This document shows positions 36,646 to 48,848 of a stretch of 64,000 nt of DNA, piece by piece. The first letter of the stretch is position 1. Each line of letters opens with the position of its first letter. The position numbers and the translations under genes are program-made. Source of the stretch: Camelus ferus. Taxonomy: Eukaryota. The stretch is from NCBI RefSeq assembly GCF_009834535.1, contig NC_045720.1, positions 1,364,001 through 1,428,000 on the forward strand, in the 5' to 3' direction. A model generated the notes under the pieces. The model searched no databases and was not told the DNA's origin. It saw nothing but the letters and a program-made list of their open reading frames with translations.

Positions 36646-38939
36646 CCAATCCCCTCCCCCTGAAAAGGCCTGGGACTGGGAGTGGCCTTGCACACACCTG
36701 GGAAACAGCCTCCAATGTAAAGCATCTCTGGATGCTTTCAAGATTGTCTCCTGGTGTTCTGTGTGTCTTCAGTTTTACTGTTTCAAGTCTACACAGGGTC
36801 CTATTTGTTTATGCTGCTTGGAATTTCCTGTGCCTTTCCAGTGAGAGTGTCCATCTGGCTCTTTCTAAAAACCCTCTAGGTGATCTCGATAGCCTACTGT
36901 TTAACGGCCATAATTCTTACAGCTCTGCACTTCTTCCAGTGTGGAAGTAGTGTTGCCTTTAAGATACCTGATGCCAAGAACTGGAACATCTTCTCTGATC
37001 CATGTGCAGCTGGGGCCTGGTCTGAGGCTGTTGGCCCAAGGGCTATCATTTTCCCACAGCCACTTTTGTCTTACTTGCTCAGCCTGGGAGCTCCTCTTCG
37101 TCATGAGCACCAGACCTAGATCAGTGTCAGGGCACCTTGGTTCTCGGGAGGAAATGTGTGCCCTCCTCCGTCCCAGTGGTAGGAAGCTAAGCCCCTCATC
37201 CTCTCCCAGAGCTGCGGGACAGGAGGTGTCTGTGCTCCATTTTCAGCGTTGCTGTAGTGTTCTGAAAGCCTCGCGTCCCTGTGGGGTTCCAACTGCAGTT
37301 TCTAACCTCATGTCCTGAGCAGCGCATCCTTCCCCCGAAGGAACTGGAACGACCGGGCCATTAGGCTACTTGACCCCCCTCCCCTGGCGGCCGCTGTCCT
37401 GGCTCCTGTGCTCCTTCTTGCCTGGTCCAGGTCCCTCCTTGTCTCAGGACCCTGAAGAGGTCCTGCCCTTTCTGCCAGCCCAGAAATGCGTTTCTCGCAT
37501 GTTTTTGATTATGTATAGTTAGTTGCTAGAGTGGAAGGATTTTCAGAGAATCAGCCCATAACTTTGCTAGAACCTGTAGACATTCACTGGCGCCTTGAAG
37601 CAGAGTCAGTGTCTGGATGCTCTGTCTGTGGCTGCCCTGGGGGTGGACCGAACATCCTCTCGTTGTCGAGTCAAGTCTCCACAAAGTGGTTTTCAGCTCT
37701 CTTGCAGAAATGGTTGCCTACCGTGCAAGAGAGTTCCCAGAATTACTGGTTGGTGGCCTTATGCACTTGGGAGAATGCTGGACCATAGGAGGATTGCCTG
37801 CCAAAGTCGGAAGCAGCTAAGCACCCCACTTTCCTTCATCACTCAGTGCTGTTTACCGGGACTGCCTACATGTCCGGCCTCACGCTGTGCGGCAGTGAGC
37901 AAGACAAGCCCTCGCCCTCAGAGGGAGTGCACCCCGTGAGTCTAAACTATAGGAGTGGGGATTTATTGCAAAAATCTTGGTAACGGCAAGAGTGGGCACA
38001 ATATAATTTTCTTTCAACAAAGGGACTGTTCACCTGAAGTGTGTCCGTTCAGTAGAACACTTAAGCATCTGAAAGAGAAATAAATGAGGCACCTCGCTAA
38101 GTGTCTGTACAGAACGATGTTCACCACGTAGTCACTAGAAAGGCAGGACACAGAGGTGCACCAGTTGTATGTATGGGCGCACACGGTCTGGCAAAGTAGA
38201 CGTGGCGAGCCACCGACCTGGTTTCTGCCGGGGCGGGGGAGGTGACGCTCCTGGGGCTTGCCTGGTCACCACAGAAAAGTCCCAAAGGAGCAAGGCTAAC
38301 CCCTTGCGGCCGGAAGGAAAGGCACTCAGGAGTCAGCAGCCATCCGCCTGGGGAGCAGTGAGCCCCAATAACGGGAAGCCAGGAGCGCACAGGGGGCCCG
38401 GGGGCTGCAGTGGAGCCCAGCCCAGGCCCTGGCCTTGGTCTGGGAGGAGAACAGGGCGTCCTCACAGTCCCACAGGGATGGGCCGGCACCCAGAGAGGCA
38501 GGAAGGGTGTGTCCGCACTAAGGCAATGGTCAGGGTGTGGCAGCAGAGGCCACACAGACACCCTCTAGGGACTTCAGCCCTGTGGCCACCACTCTGTCCA
38601 CATCAGCGTAGGTTTCAGCGAGGGTGACCAACACTCTCTTCTAGAGGCCTGGGAGGCCACGTGGAGGGGCTGAGGTCAGGCCAAGGTGGGACTGGGCCAG
38701 CAAAGTGGAAGGGGTGACGGGGTGCCAGGCAAGGTGAGGAGAGGGCAGACATGGAGTGGAGAACAGGGTGCGGAAGGTGAATGCAAATGCCACCCTCGCA
38801 GGGGAGCACCACCGCAAGGATGTCCCCCCAGCTGGCTGACACGTTGGGGGTGGGGAGGGACTGAGAGCCCCTCACCAGGCATTTGGCATGGCCCCTGCAT
38901 GCTCCAGGGCCAACTCGGGCCACCCCCTCCCCTATTTCC

Positions 38940-41420
38940 TCCAAGAATCCTCATCAAGTGACTAGCAAACCACATCCAGCAGCATGTAAAATGAATTCTA
39001 CATTCCGGACCAGTGGAATTCATCCCAGGAGTAAAGGTTGGCTTAATACCCCCAAGTCAAGGACTTGCCATCGGACAATAACCCCGTCCGTAGCATACAG
39101 AGGAAAATCACACTCCCACCTTCACAGACGCAGAAAGAGCATTTAACAAAAGTCAGCGCTGCTGCCGTGGTAAGAAATACTCCACAAACCGGGAGTAGAA
39201 GGGACTTTCTTCAACTGATAAAGGACATCCATTGAAAGCCCACAGCTAACACCATTCTGAAGAGGGAAGGACTGGCTGCTGTCCTAAGATTAGGAACAAG
39301 CATGCCTGCTCTGACTGCTCCCATTCACCATAGTCCTGGAGGTTCTAGCCAGAGCAGTTAGGCTCTCAGAATGAGCGGAAGTCATCCAAGTTGGAACGGA
39401 AGGAGGAAAACTCTCTCTATTCACAGATCATATGATCTTGTCTAGAAAACGTCCTAAGGAAATCATTTTAAAAGTACTATGCCTAATGGAGTCGTCCAGC
39501 AATATCTCAAGATACAAGTACATGATCCAAAATCAGTCGTATTTCTCTTCATTTGTAATGCCAAATCCGAAAATACAATTAAGAAACCCATTCCATTTTG
39601 CAAGAGCATCAAAAAGAGTGTAACACCTAGGAATTAAAAGATGTCCAAAATTTATACTCAGAAAACCACAAAGCACCGTGGATAGAAATTAAAGAAGAGC
39701 TACAGAGTTGGAAAGCATCCTGCACCCACGAATCAGAAGATGCTGTCTTGCTCCCGTGGCGACACTCCTCATACTGGTCTCCAGACTCGATGCAACCCCT
39801 ATGAAGACTCCAGCGGACTTCTTCGTAGAAAGTGCCAGGCTGATTCTAAAATTCACAGGGAACGCAAAGAACCTAGAATAGGAACATACTCTTAAAAAAG
39901 GACAAAGTAGGAGGACTCACACCTCCTGATTTCAAAACTTACTACAAAGCCACATTAATCAAGACAGTGTGGTCCTGGCACCAGGACAGACGGATAGACC
40001 AGTGGAGGAGGACTGAGAGCCCAGGGATGACACGGCCCCTCTGTGGTCAACTGAGCTCTCATCAGGGTGCCAGGAGCAACCAGTGGGAAGAATCTATTTT
40101 CAAGCAATGATGTGGGGACAACTTTATAGCCATGTGGAGAAAACAAAACTGGACTTTACTTCAGACCAGATACGAAAACTAACTCCAGTGGACCAACGTC
40201 CTAATCATGAGAGCTAACACTGTAAAACCTTAGAAGGAATCATAAAGGTAACTCTTCAGGATCCTGGATCTTGCAAAGGATTCTTACATATGACAGGCAG
40301 GGAATGAGCACCAAATGAAAAACCAGAGACTCTGGACTTCATCAATGCTAAAAACGTTTGTTCTCGAAAGGACACTCCCAAGAGAGTGAAAAGACAAGCC
40401 ACAGAAGGGGGGGGAAGTATTTGCAAATCATATGACTGATAAGATCCTTGTGTTCTGAGTATACACAGTGTGATTACAACTCAGTAGTCAACAGACAACC
40501 CAACTGTTAATTGGGAAAATTATTTGAAGGGACATTTCTCCAAGGAAGCTGCCCTAACAGATGACTAACACACATGTGAAAAGATGCTCAGACTCATGAG
40601 CCATCAGGGAAGTGCAAGTCAAATGACGGTGAGGTGCCCCACACACCCACTCAGAGGGCCAGAATCAAGAAACCAGGAAACATCAAGTGCTGGTGAGGAG
40701 TGGAGAGAGCAGAACCTCACCCATCGCTGGTGGAGATGTAAAATGGTGCAGCCACTTTGGGAACAGCCTGACAGCTCTTCAAATGCTTGCCGAGTGAATG
40801 CAGGACCCAACCACTCCACCACTAGGCATACACCCAAGAGAATTAAAGACCTATGTCCACATAAACATCTTTACACACGTGTTGACAGCAGCATTATCCA
40901 TAATGACCAAAGGTAGGAACAACCCAAATGCCTATCAACTGAAGGAGAGATAAACCAAATGAAGTGTAACCATACAGTGGAGTATTATTTAGCCAGGAAA
41001 AGGAAGTGCTGAAACACACCACAACATGGATGAACTGTGAAAGCGTTGTGGTAAGTTAAAGAAGCCAGTCACAGAAGACTCCACATTATCTGATTCTATT
41101 CACAGGAAATGTCCAGGACAGGGAAACTTACAGGGATAGGAAGTACATTACTGGTTGCCTAGTGATGGGAGGGTGTGCGGGGAGGGGTGAGCCTGGGCAG
41201 TACAAAGGGATAATCACTAAACGGGTATGAAGTTTCTTTTCGAGGTGATATAAATATTCTAAAATTGACTATGGTGATGGTTGACATATCTGTGAATAAA
41301 CTAAAAATTACTGAATTGCATACATTAAATGAGCGAACGGCACAGTATGTAAACTATCTCAATAAAGTTATTTAAACAAACAAAGGAACAAAGTGATGAC
41401 ACAGTTGCCCTGTGGGTGAA
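38940..41420 (+). mobile_element. Old L1 ORF2 3' half and 3'UTR, degraded
   Basis: Continuous L1 ORF2-like sequence (ggaggactcacacctcctgatttcaaaacttactacaaagc; gaaaagatgctca...). Confidence 0.9.
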
Positions 41421-41499
41421 CCCTGAAATAAGTGTGCCAAGTGAGAGAAGCCAGACACAAAAGGCCAAGGATCTCACAGTTCCTTCTGTGTGGAACATC

Positions 41500-42005
41500 G
41501 AGGGATGGATGATTCCAAGTGACAGTGCAGCTAAGCTCTGGTGTTCAGCTCATTGGTCAGGCACCAATCTACATGTTGCTCCGAAGGTATTTTTCAATGC
41601 AATTAAGTTCTTAATCAGAGGACTTTGAGTAAAGCAGATTATCCACCATAACGTGGGTGGGCCTCACCCAGTCAGATGAAGGCCTTAAGAGCAAAGACCG
41701 AGGATCTCCAAAGTAGAAGACAATCTCCCTGGAGGCTGACAACACAGACACCCTGCCTGGGTTTCCAGCCTACAGCCTTGTGGAATTCAGCTTCAAGGCT
41801 ACCACACAATCCTCAGCGGAATTTCTAACCTGCCACCCTGCCCTACAGATTTGAGGCCTGCCGGCACCTGCAAGCAGGTGGACCAGTTCCTGAAAACAAT
41901 TGCCTCCTTCCACTGTCTTCTCTTTCTCTCTCCCCTCTTCCCTCCACCCCTCCCTCTCTCACAACAGATACTCATGTCTCCCATTGGTTCTGTTTCTCTG
42001 CCAGA
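41500..42005 (+). mobile_element. ERVL solo LTR (MLT2-like) inserted in the L1 3' end
   Basis: gactttgagtaaagcagattatccaccataacgtgggtgggcctcacccagtcagatgaaggccttaaga...cccattggttctgtttctctg. Confidence 0.85.
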
Positions 42006-42671
42006 GATACCCAGCACAGGCAAATCCACTGTGACCAAAAGCAGCTTAGTGGTTGCCAAGGACTGTGGAGGGTGAATGGGGAGTGACTGCATGTTCGATG
42101 CAGGGCTTCCTTTGGGGCAGAAGATATTCTGGACTCAGACAGTGGTGATGGCTGCACAGCACTGTGAATGTACTAGAAGACACTGAATTACACCCTTGTG
42201 GAACACTGAGTGCGATGGAATGTGAATTTCAGCTCAGTCACTTCAACTCGGGTACTGATATAAAGAAGGAGAGCGAAGACAGTCTGACTCCTGTTCCGTC
42301 CACACCTTTTTCTGATACCGGCCATGTGTACGCCGAGAGTGACGACAGCAGCCTGGATCGACATATCCCCTGCCACTTCAAGGACGTCACCGGCTGGCTT
42401 CAGGGCCCCCACCCTTCTAGGATGTCAGCATCTGGGGACACATTCTGTCACATGTAGGAAGCCAGTGGCCACCTCGAGAGATGGCTCGAGTCCCATAGAA
42501 CCTGCCTGACCGACCCACGCAGGGCGCTGGACACAGTCTCCATGGCTGGCCCTAATCCACTCATGTACCACCACGTAGCTGGGCACCCTCTCTGCTTCTG
42601 TTGTTCCAACCTGGAAACTGGAAAGATGGAGGCTCAGGTGGTCTCAGGTACCCGTGGTCCAAGTCGAGCTG

Positions 42672-44672
42672 GGACCAGTCTTCCCGCGGGCATGTAGACT
42701 ATGCCCTGGGGCTGTTTCGTTTTTGACTAAAATACTCAATCTCTGTTCCCTCAAGTGGCAATATACTTTTGTCCGTGTGTGAGTGGTGCCTAACAAGGAA
42801 AACAACGGATCAGAGCTAACACCACAAAGAAATCCGAGTACACAATACCCAAACCATCATGCTCTTTATTTCTCCCTCCAAACAAGCCCTAAATGGGTGA
42901 CTTGCCAACTGGGGACCCCGTGGGTCACTGTCTCTGGCTCACAAAAGAGCAAAGGACAGCCAACTGGCTCTGGGGAATGGGGAGATGGTAAGACCCTCCA
43001 AAGGCAGCTTCTCATGTCAGTGTATTGCTGACCGCAATGGAGGCAAAGCTCAGGAAAAAGGTTGACTGCCCTAATCGCACAGTTCCTTCCAATTCCTCCT
43101 CAACTGTCATTTCGGGGAGGATGTCCCTCTCAAGATTACTAATACCCCCCTCGTTGCAGGTCATACTATTACAGCAATGAACAAAATAGAAAGAGTTAGA
43201 ACGAAAGTATTTTCTCCTGGGGGCTTCAGGAGGCTGCTGAGAGGGGTGCACAAATGTGCAGTTGTTTGTGCAGTTCTTGTAAACGAATAATTCACGTTCA
43301 TCGTAACCTAAAAAAGTAAAGATGACAATCATTGATTTCTCGTTTTCTGCTTGCAAATATCAAAGCACGTTTATCTTAACTAGCTCCATCCCTCACGTGT
43401 TGTTACACTGCCTGAAATTCTTGATTGAGAAGACAATCCAAGTCCACTAAGGGTTCGGTGACTCCATGACACCTTCTCCTGGAGATGTTGTCTCGCTACA
43501 CTGCCACCTCATCTCTGTATCTGGCCTCCCTATGAAGCTTCCTGGTGCCTGGTCACGGAGCTGTACAAACGCATCGTCCTGTTCACCATTTGCTCTAAGA
43601 ATTCTAGGGATCCGGAAGCAGAACGGAGCCCAGGAAACATGTTTTGCTGATGTCCCAAGGTCACACAGACCCTCCAAGCAGAGGGCCCTTGTCATCTGGC
43701 CTCCAGCTGACTTTCTGCAGCTGGCCTCACCCTGCTAGAACAGGCTCCCGCCGCACCCCTCTGCCTGCCGTTCCCCGCCCCCGGCCCAGCACGGAGGCTG
43801 ACGCACAATCACACCCACCTGCTCCCCAGTGCAGCCCTGGTGCCCCGTCCCAAGTACAGTCCCACTGGGACGCCTGTGAGCGCCTTCGCTGGAGGACTGG
43901 CCAGTGACCTCGACCAGCCAAAGCCCTGTTCAGGCTCCACCTGAGGCCTGGCTCGAGAGTCCCTGAGTTAAGCTGCCGCGGCCTCACTCACCAGTTCTGT
44001 GCCCCTGGCCTCACACAGACACCTCCTCCCGGAGCTCACCGGGGGCACCTACCCACTCGCGCGGCCTCGCCTGCCTCAGAAAGTGCTGACGGCTGCGCCC
44101 CAGGCACCTGCTTTCCTTGATTTTCCGTTTGTGCCAAAGAGCTTGCTAAAGACCCACATTCTACAGAAAAGCGCACAATCGCAGGGCGACAGCTTCACGG
44201 ACCCTCCCGAAGCGCACGTAACCGCAGAGCAGCATCCTGCTCGAGAAGCAGGCCTGGGTGGAAAGCCCCGCATTCCTCCCTCCGTTCCTCGACTCAGGCA
44301 CGAGACGCGCCACGGCCAGAGGTGAGGAGGAAGCGCCCGGCTTTCCGAGCCTCCACGTGACTCGGCCTGCTTTTGAATCAACGGAAAGGAAATCCACCTG
44401 CGCTGCTCGTTTTTGCGTCTGCCGCCTCTTCTCTGCGGGGCTCTGTGCGGTCCGGCCCTGCCCCTGGCGAGGCCGCGCGGCGCTCCCTCTCGCGGTTGCG
44501 TACTTTCCACCGATGGACACACCTCACTTCACTGCGGATGGACACGGGGCTGCTTCTGGGTTTTATCGAGCCCAGGGGGGCGCTGCAGCGAGTACTCTTG
44601 TCCTTGTCTTGGGGGTGGGGTGGGGGACGTGCGAGTCTCACGAGGTGTGTGCCAGGGCTGGCGACGCTGGGC
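42672..44672 (+). repeat. Segmental direct duplication copy 2 (pairs with 14870-16870)
   Basis: Offset 27802; diverges from copy 1 after 44672. Confidence 0.97.
43012..43307 (-). pseudogene. GML: Orphan GML last exon (upstream exons absent)
   Basis: Same translation as 15210-15505 (two synonymous changes), intact acceptor and poly(A) signal (42865-42870); no copies of the other GML coding exons to the right. Confidence 0.9.
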
Positions 44673-46970
44673 AAGTGTTGCTCAGACCGTCTGTAGCAGG
44701 GGCTGGCAGACAAGAGCCTGTGGGATCAGCCCAGGCCACCAACGTGTCGGTGACGGAAGCTTTGCTGGATCATAGGGACGATCGTACGGTTACTCATCCT
44801 CTGTGTCTGGTTCCAGCCCCACAAAGAGAACGTTTTGTAGGAGTGACAGAGACTGGACAGCCTCTGAAGCTGAAGACATTTACTGTCTGGTCTTTTCAGA
44901 GGAACGATGGTGACCGTAGTCCAGGGCTACAATAAATTCTGTCTCCTTGCTTCAGGGTCCAGAATCCATGGAGACAGATGAGTTTATGACAACTATGCGA
45001 CTGTTTTAGTTTTTGTTTTTGTTTTGCCCACAGTACCTAGAACCTAAGTTCTACCAAGGTATTTTCATCCTGTGCTATCAGGTACGTGTGGATTTAGATT
45101 GTGATGACTGTGGTATCTATTTTATTCCTTCACCTCTACAAAATGTGGTTCTTCACATAAGTAACGCTCTTGTGTTAATGTTTACTTAGCCTCAGTGTGT
45201 GTGTAAGAGTCCCTTGGGCAGCATTCAAATTGTAGACCCTTTTCTATATATTTTTTTCAATCTTGTCATGTCCTTATTTTAAAGCACGCCTCTAGTAAAG
45301 AGAACGTACTATCTTTTGTCTATCCCAAAAATCTTGGGTTCCTAACTGTAGCCATTTAAATAGTAATGCAAGTAATGATCTGGTTGTTTAAAAATTTCTT
45401 TTCCATTAAACGTTTTACTTTGAGATGTTTGTATATTCAAATATATGGGCACAAAACACAGAAAGATCCTGTGTGTGCTTTCCTCAGTCATTCCCACTGA
45501 CACTATCTTGCAAAACTATAGTATCACAACTAACTAGGTTAGTGTCACTCCCCAAGCGAGGGGAGAGAATGGTGTTGGCCCCACAATCATCCCTCCTAAG
45601 GACGCATCAATCTCTTTCCCGCCCAGATCCCCAGACAGTGCGACCCTGCGATATGGATTTGGTGTCCGTTTCTGCAACTTTGTCATCCCTATAATGGTAT
45701 ACAAAACGAACAGTGTGTTATGTAACCTTGGTGGAGTGTCATTTGTCATTAAGAATGAGTCCCTAGGCATTCAGTCAACTCAGGACGTCCAGCAATACTT
45801 TTGCTTTTCCTGCTGAGCAGCTCACCTCCGTGAGAGAGTGCTGTGGTTTGCACACTACTGTAGGACATCTGGGTTTTTCTCCCGAGCATTTCAGATAAAG
45901 CTGCCGTAAACATCCATGGATGTGTTCTGTGTGGACACAGTTTCAGTGTCTCTGGGGAAATCACCCAGAAGTGGATTTGGGAATCTCATGGTAATTGCAT
46001 AAGCAGTTTTTAAAGGAACTTGCACTCTGTTCTACACACCTGCTGCGCCATTTTTTCATGTAACCAGCAATGCGGGAACAACCTGGTTTCTTTGTATCCT
46101 GTCCAGCATTTGGCGTGGTCACTCTGAAGTCCTCTCCACTGCCCCAGTCCTGCCCAGGCTTTCTGGAACCTCCCCCAGAGGTTCTCTCTGGAGTTCCCCT
46201 TCTCCCCATGTTCTGCCCAGACCTTCTGGGACTGTCTTCCCCCTCCCCCACCCCTGTCCCGCCCAGACCTCTAGACTCTTCCCCCACCCCCTCTGTCCCC
46301 TCCCACCGTCCCCCCCAACCCCGTTTCCCGCCCAGACCTTCTGGAACCTCCCCTGCAGCAGGGCCCTTCAGGGAAGCGCCTCTGGGGAACGGGGCCGCCC
46401 CGAGACCAGGCCGAACCTTCCGGAAGCCGCGCGAAGCCTGTCGGGAGACGCCCGTCCGACCTGCCGCTGAGAGAACGGGGCCTGGAGCCCGCCCGGCCTC
46501 CCCTCGCCCACCTGCGGCTCCCCGCGCCACACCGGCTGTGCGGGCCCTCGAGGTCGTGTCCGCGGAAGGTCACAAAGCTCGGGGCGGGGAACTGGGTCGG
46601 GCAGGGGGACGGAGGAAGGTTCCAGAAAGCCTGGGCGGGAAACAGGGTGGGGGCGGGGATGGCGGGAGGGGACAGAGGGGGTGGGGGAAGGTTCCAGAAA
46701 GCCTGGGCGGGAACCGGGAATGCGGGGGTGGGGGCCGGTGGGGGATGGGGACGGAGGGGTGCAGGGGAAGCGTCCAGAGGATTGGGCAGGATAGGGGTTG
46801 GGGGACGGGGAAGGTTCCAGAAAGCCTGGGCGGGAAACAGGGTGGGGGCGGGGATGGCGGGAGGGGACAGAGGGGGTGGGGGAAGGTTCCAGAAAGTCTG
46901 GGCGGGACTCGGGCGTGCGGGGGTGGGGGCCGGTGGGGGTGGGGGCCGTGGGGCAGTGGGGCCGGGGCCG
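44010..46970 (+). repeat. Inverted repeat, right arm (pairs with 24325-27219)
   Basis: Coordinate sum 71229; differs only inside the minisatellite (extra 72-bp unit). Confidence 0.97.
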
Positions 46971-46992
46971 GGGACGGAGGAAGGTTCCAGAA
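46413..46992. promoter_or_regulatory. HSE array: perfect GAAnnTTCnnGAA at 46413, 46615, 46687, 46810, 46882, 46980
   Basis: Exact motif matches; 72-bp spacing 46615-46687 repeated at 46810-46882; function inferred. Confidence 0.7.
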
Positions 46993-46999
46993 GGTCTGG

Positions 47000-47050
47000 G
47001 CAGGACTCAGGGCGGTGAGGGCAGCGCTGAAGGCTCAGACTCGGCCTCAG
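47000..47050 (+). other. LY6K: Candidate non-coding exon 1 of LY6K
   Basis: CCTCAG/GTCAGT donor (GT 47051-47052) paralogous to the GML donor; acceptor at 52060, 18 nt before ATG; 5' boundary unknown. Confidence 0.4.
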
Positions 47051-48689
47051 GTCAGTGTGTGTGGGTCCCGGGGCTCGGCCCTGCTCCCCTGTAGGAGGGG
47101 TCACAGATCCCGGTAGCACCGCCCTTCTGTTCCGCCCGGCAGAATAGCATCCCTGCCCTGGGGTCCATGGCCTCCTCTGCCCACCTATCAATCCCTCCTG
47201 CGGGCGTCCCCGTCAACCCCCTGCCCGGTGCCATATACCGCCACCTTCCTTTGGGACGGATGGTCCCCTGCACCCACCTTACATCTTCAGCGCTGAGATT
47301 CCTGCCCCACCTGGACCCCACCTAGCATCCCCTCTCCTGAGTCTTGAGGCTCCCCAACTCCCAGCTCATACACTGATGCCTTGTAAATTCTACGTTTATT
47401 TAAATTAAGCCCCTAGGAGCATCGGGCATTTCAGGCTACAACAATTTGCAGACCTGACATTCCCTTATCTTTCAGTTAGTCAGCACCATCAGCGTGTGAG
47501 TCAGGAGGGCAGCGTGGAGGTCTGACCAGGCCGTCGCTTTCTTGCCCTCAGCAGAGAGGGAGAGCAGGCTACAGGCGGCCGCGGAACTTGGCCCTCTGCA
47601 CCCTTTCCTGACCTCCGCGCTGGAATGGGGTGGGGGTGGGGTGGGTCAGAGTAATCCGGGATCCAAAATAATCCCCAGGATCTTTTTCCCAGAGATCTCC
47701 TCACGTGGTTTCTTTCTGGTTCACACCAAATGAGGCTCCTTACCGCACGTGTTTGGAGCCGACTCACCCACGCGGTATTACTAGTGCAGCTACTCGCTAA
47801 TTCACGATGGTTATGGATCTGAGACCCGCCGCACTGGACTGTCACATATGCTGGCAAGTTCAAACACTTCTGTGGAAAAACTATAAATGTAAGATTAGTT
47901 TCATTTGCAAAGAATACACATTTTGCCTGAATTGGGAGTGAGAAGAAGGCGTCAGCGAAGTTGGTCCCGATGGCCCAGTTCTCCCGTCATCTGGTTTCCT
48001 TCCCGCGCCGTCTTTGCTCTATCGGGGCAGCGGAAGCAGTGGGAAGGGCCCCCTGTTTTAATGCTCATTGACTTAACCGTGTTCTTATCCGCACAGAAGT
48101 CTCTGTACCTCGTAATACTGTGCTTAGCAATCCAAAAATAGTCTAAATCCCATCCCCAGCCCGTTTCACCTGTTTCCTGCAGAAGCCTTAGATTCCCCCA
48201 CCCAGGGCTATGCAGTCAGATTCAGGACCTTCAGTCTCTAACTCTAGAATTCAGCCTCTTGTTCAAATATTTTCTGCTCTGTGCATGTTTCTCATAATGG
48301 GTTGAATCTGGGCTAGAATGTATACAGCACTTTTTTCATCCCTGGCATTTTATTTAAAATACTTGAAACAGTAAAGCTGAAAGAACTTACAGTGCATTCA
48401 AGGATACCTACCACTGGAGTCTACGCCCAGGGCCTCATGCATGCTGAGCGTGCACGCTACACTGACCCGTCTCCTGCTCCTTCTGCAGCCGTTCTTTAAC
48501 TCAGACCATCTTTTGAGTCATTTTAAGCTGAGCGGCAGATATCAGCATTCTTTCCCCTACAAACTGCAGCAGTTTGCCTCGTATGATTCCTGCTTTGTGT
48601 CCTATCTAAAAATTCTTTGGAGAACTCAAGATTGCAAAAATTGTTCCTGTTTCCTTCTAGAAGCTTTCTGGTTTTGTATTTAGATAAGT

Positions 48690-48848
48690 CTTTTTTCTTT
48701 TCTTTTTTTTTTTTGGAGGGGGAGGTAATTAGGTTTATCAATTAATTTATTATTGTTATTTATTTATTTGATGGAGGCTCTGGGGATTGAACCCAGGACC
48801 TCCTGCATGCTAAGTATGCACTCTACCACTGAGCTATACTCTCCCCTC
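48690..48848 (-). mobile_element. Full-length vic-1-type tRNA-derived SINE with 9-bp TSD
   Basis: Reverse strand GGGGAGAGTATAGCTCAGTGGTAGAGTGCATACTTAGCATGCAGGAGGTCCTGGGTTCAATCCCCAG...aattacctccccctcc-A tail; TSD tagataagt at 48681-48689 and 48849-48857. Confidence 0.92.

Noticed and set aside
44258-44935. 225-aa ORF present twice (also 26294-26971) with a 176-aa relative at 16456
   Set aside because: Identity reflects DNA duplication; it lies on an L1 relic, straddles a rearrangement junction and needs a non-ATG start
46070-47191. 300-350-aa Gly/Pro-rich ORFs here and at 24039-25159
   Set aside because: Translations of the GC-rich minisatellite, open in several frames on both strands
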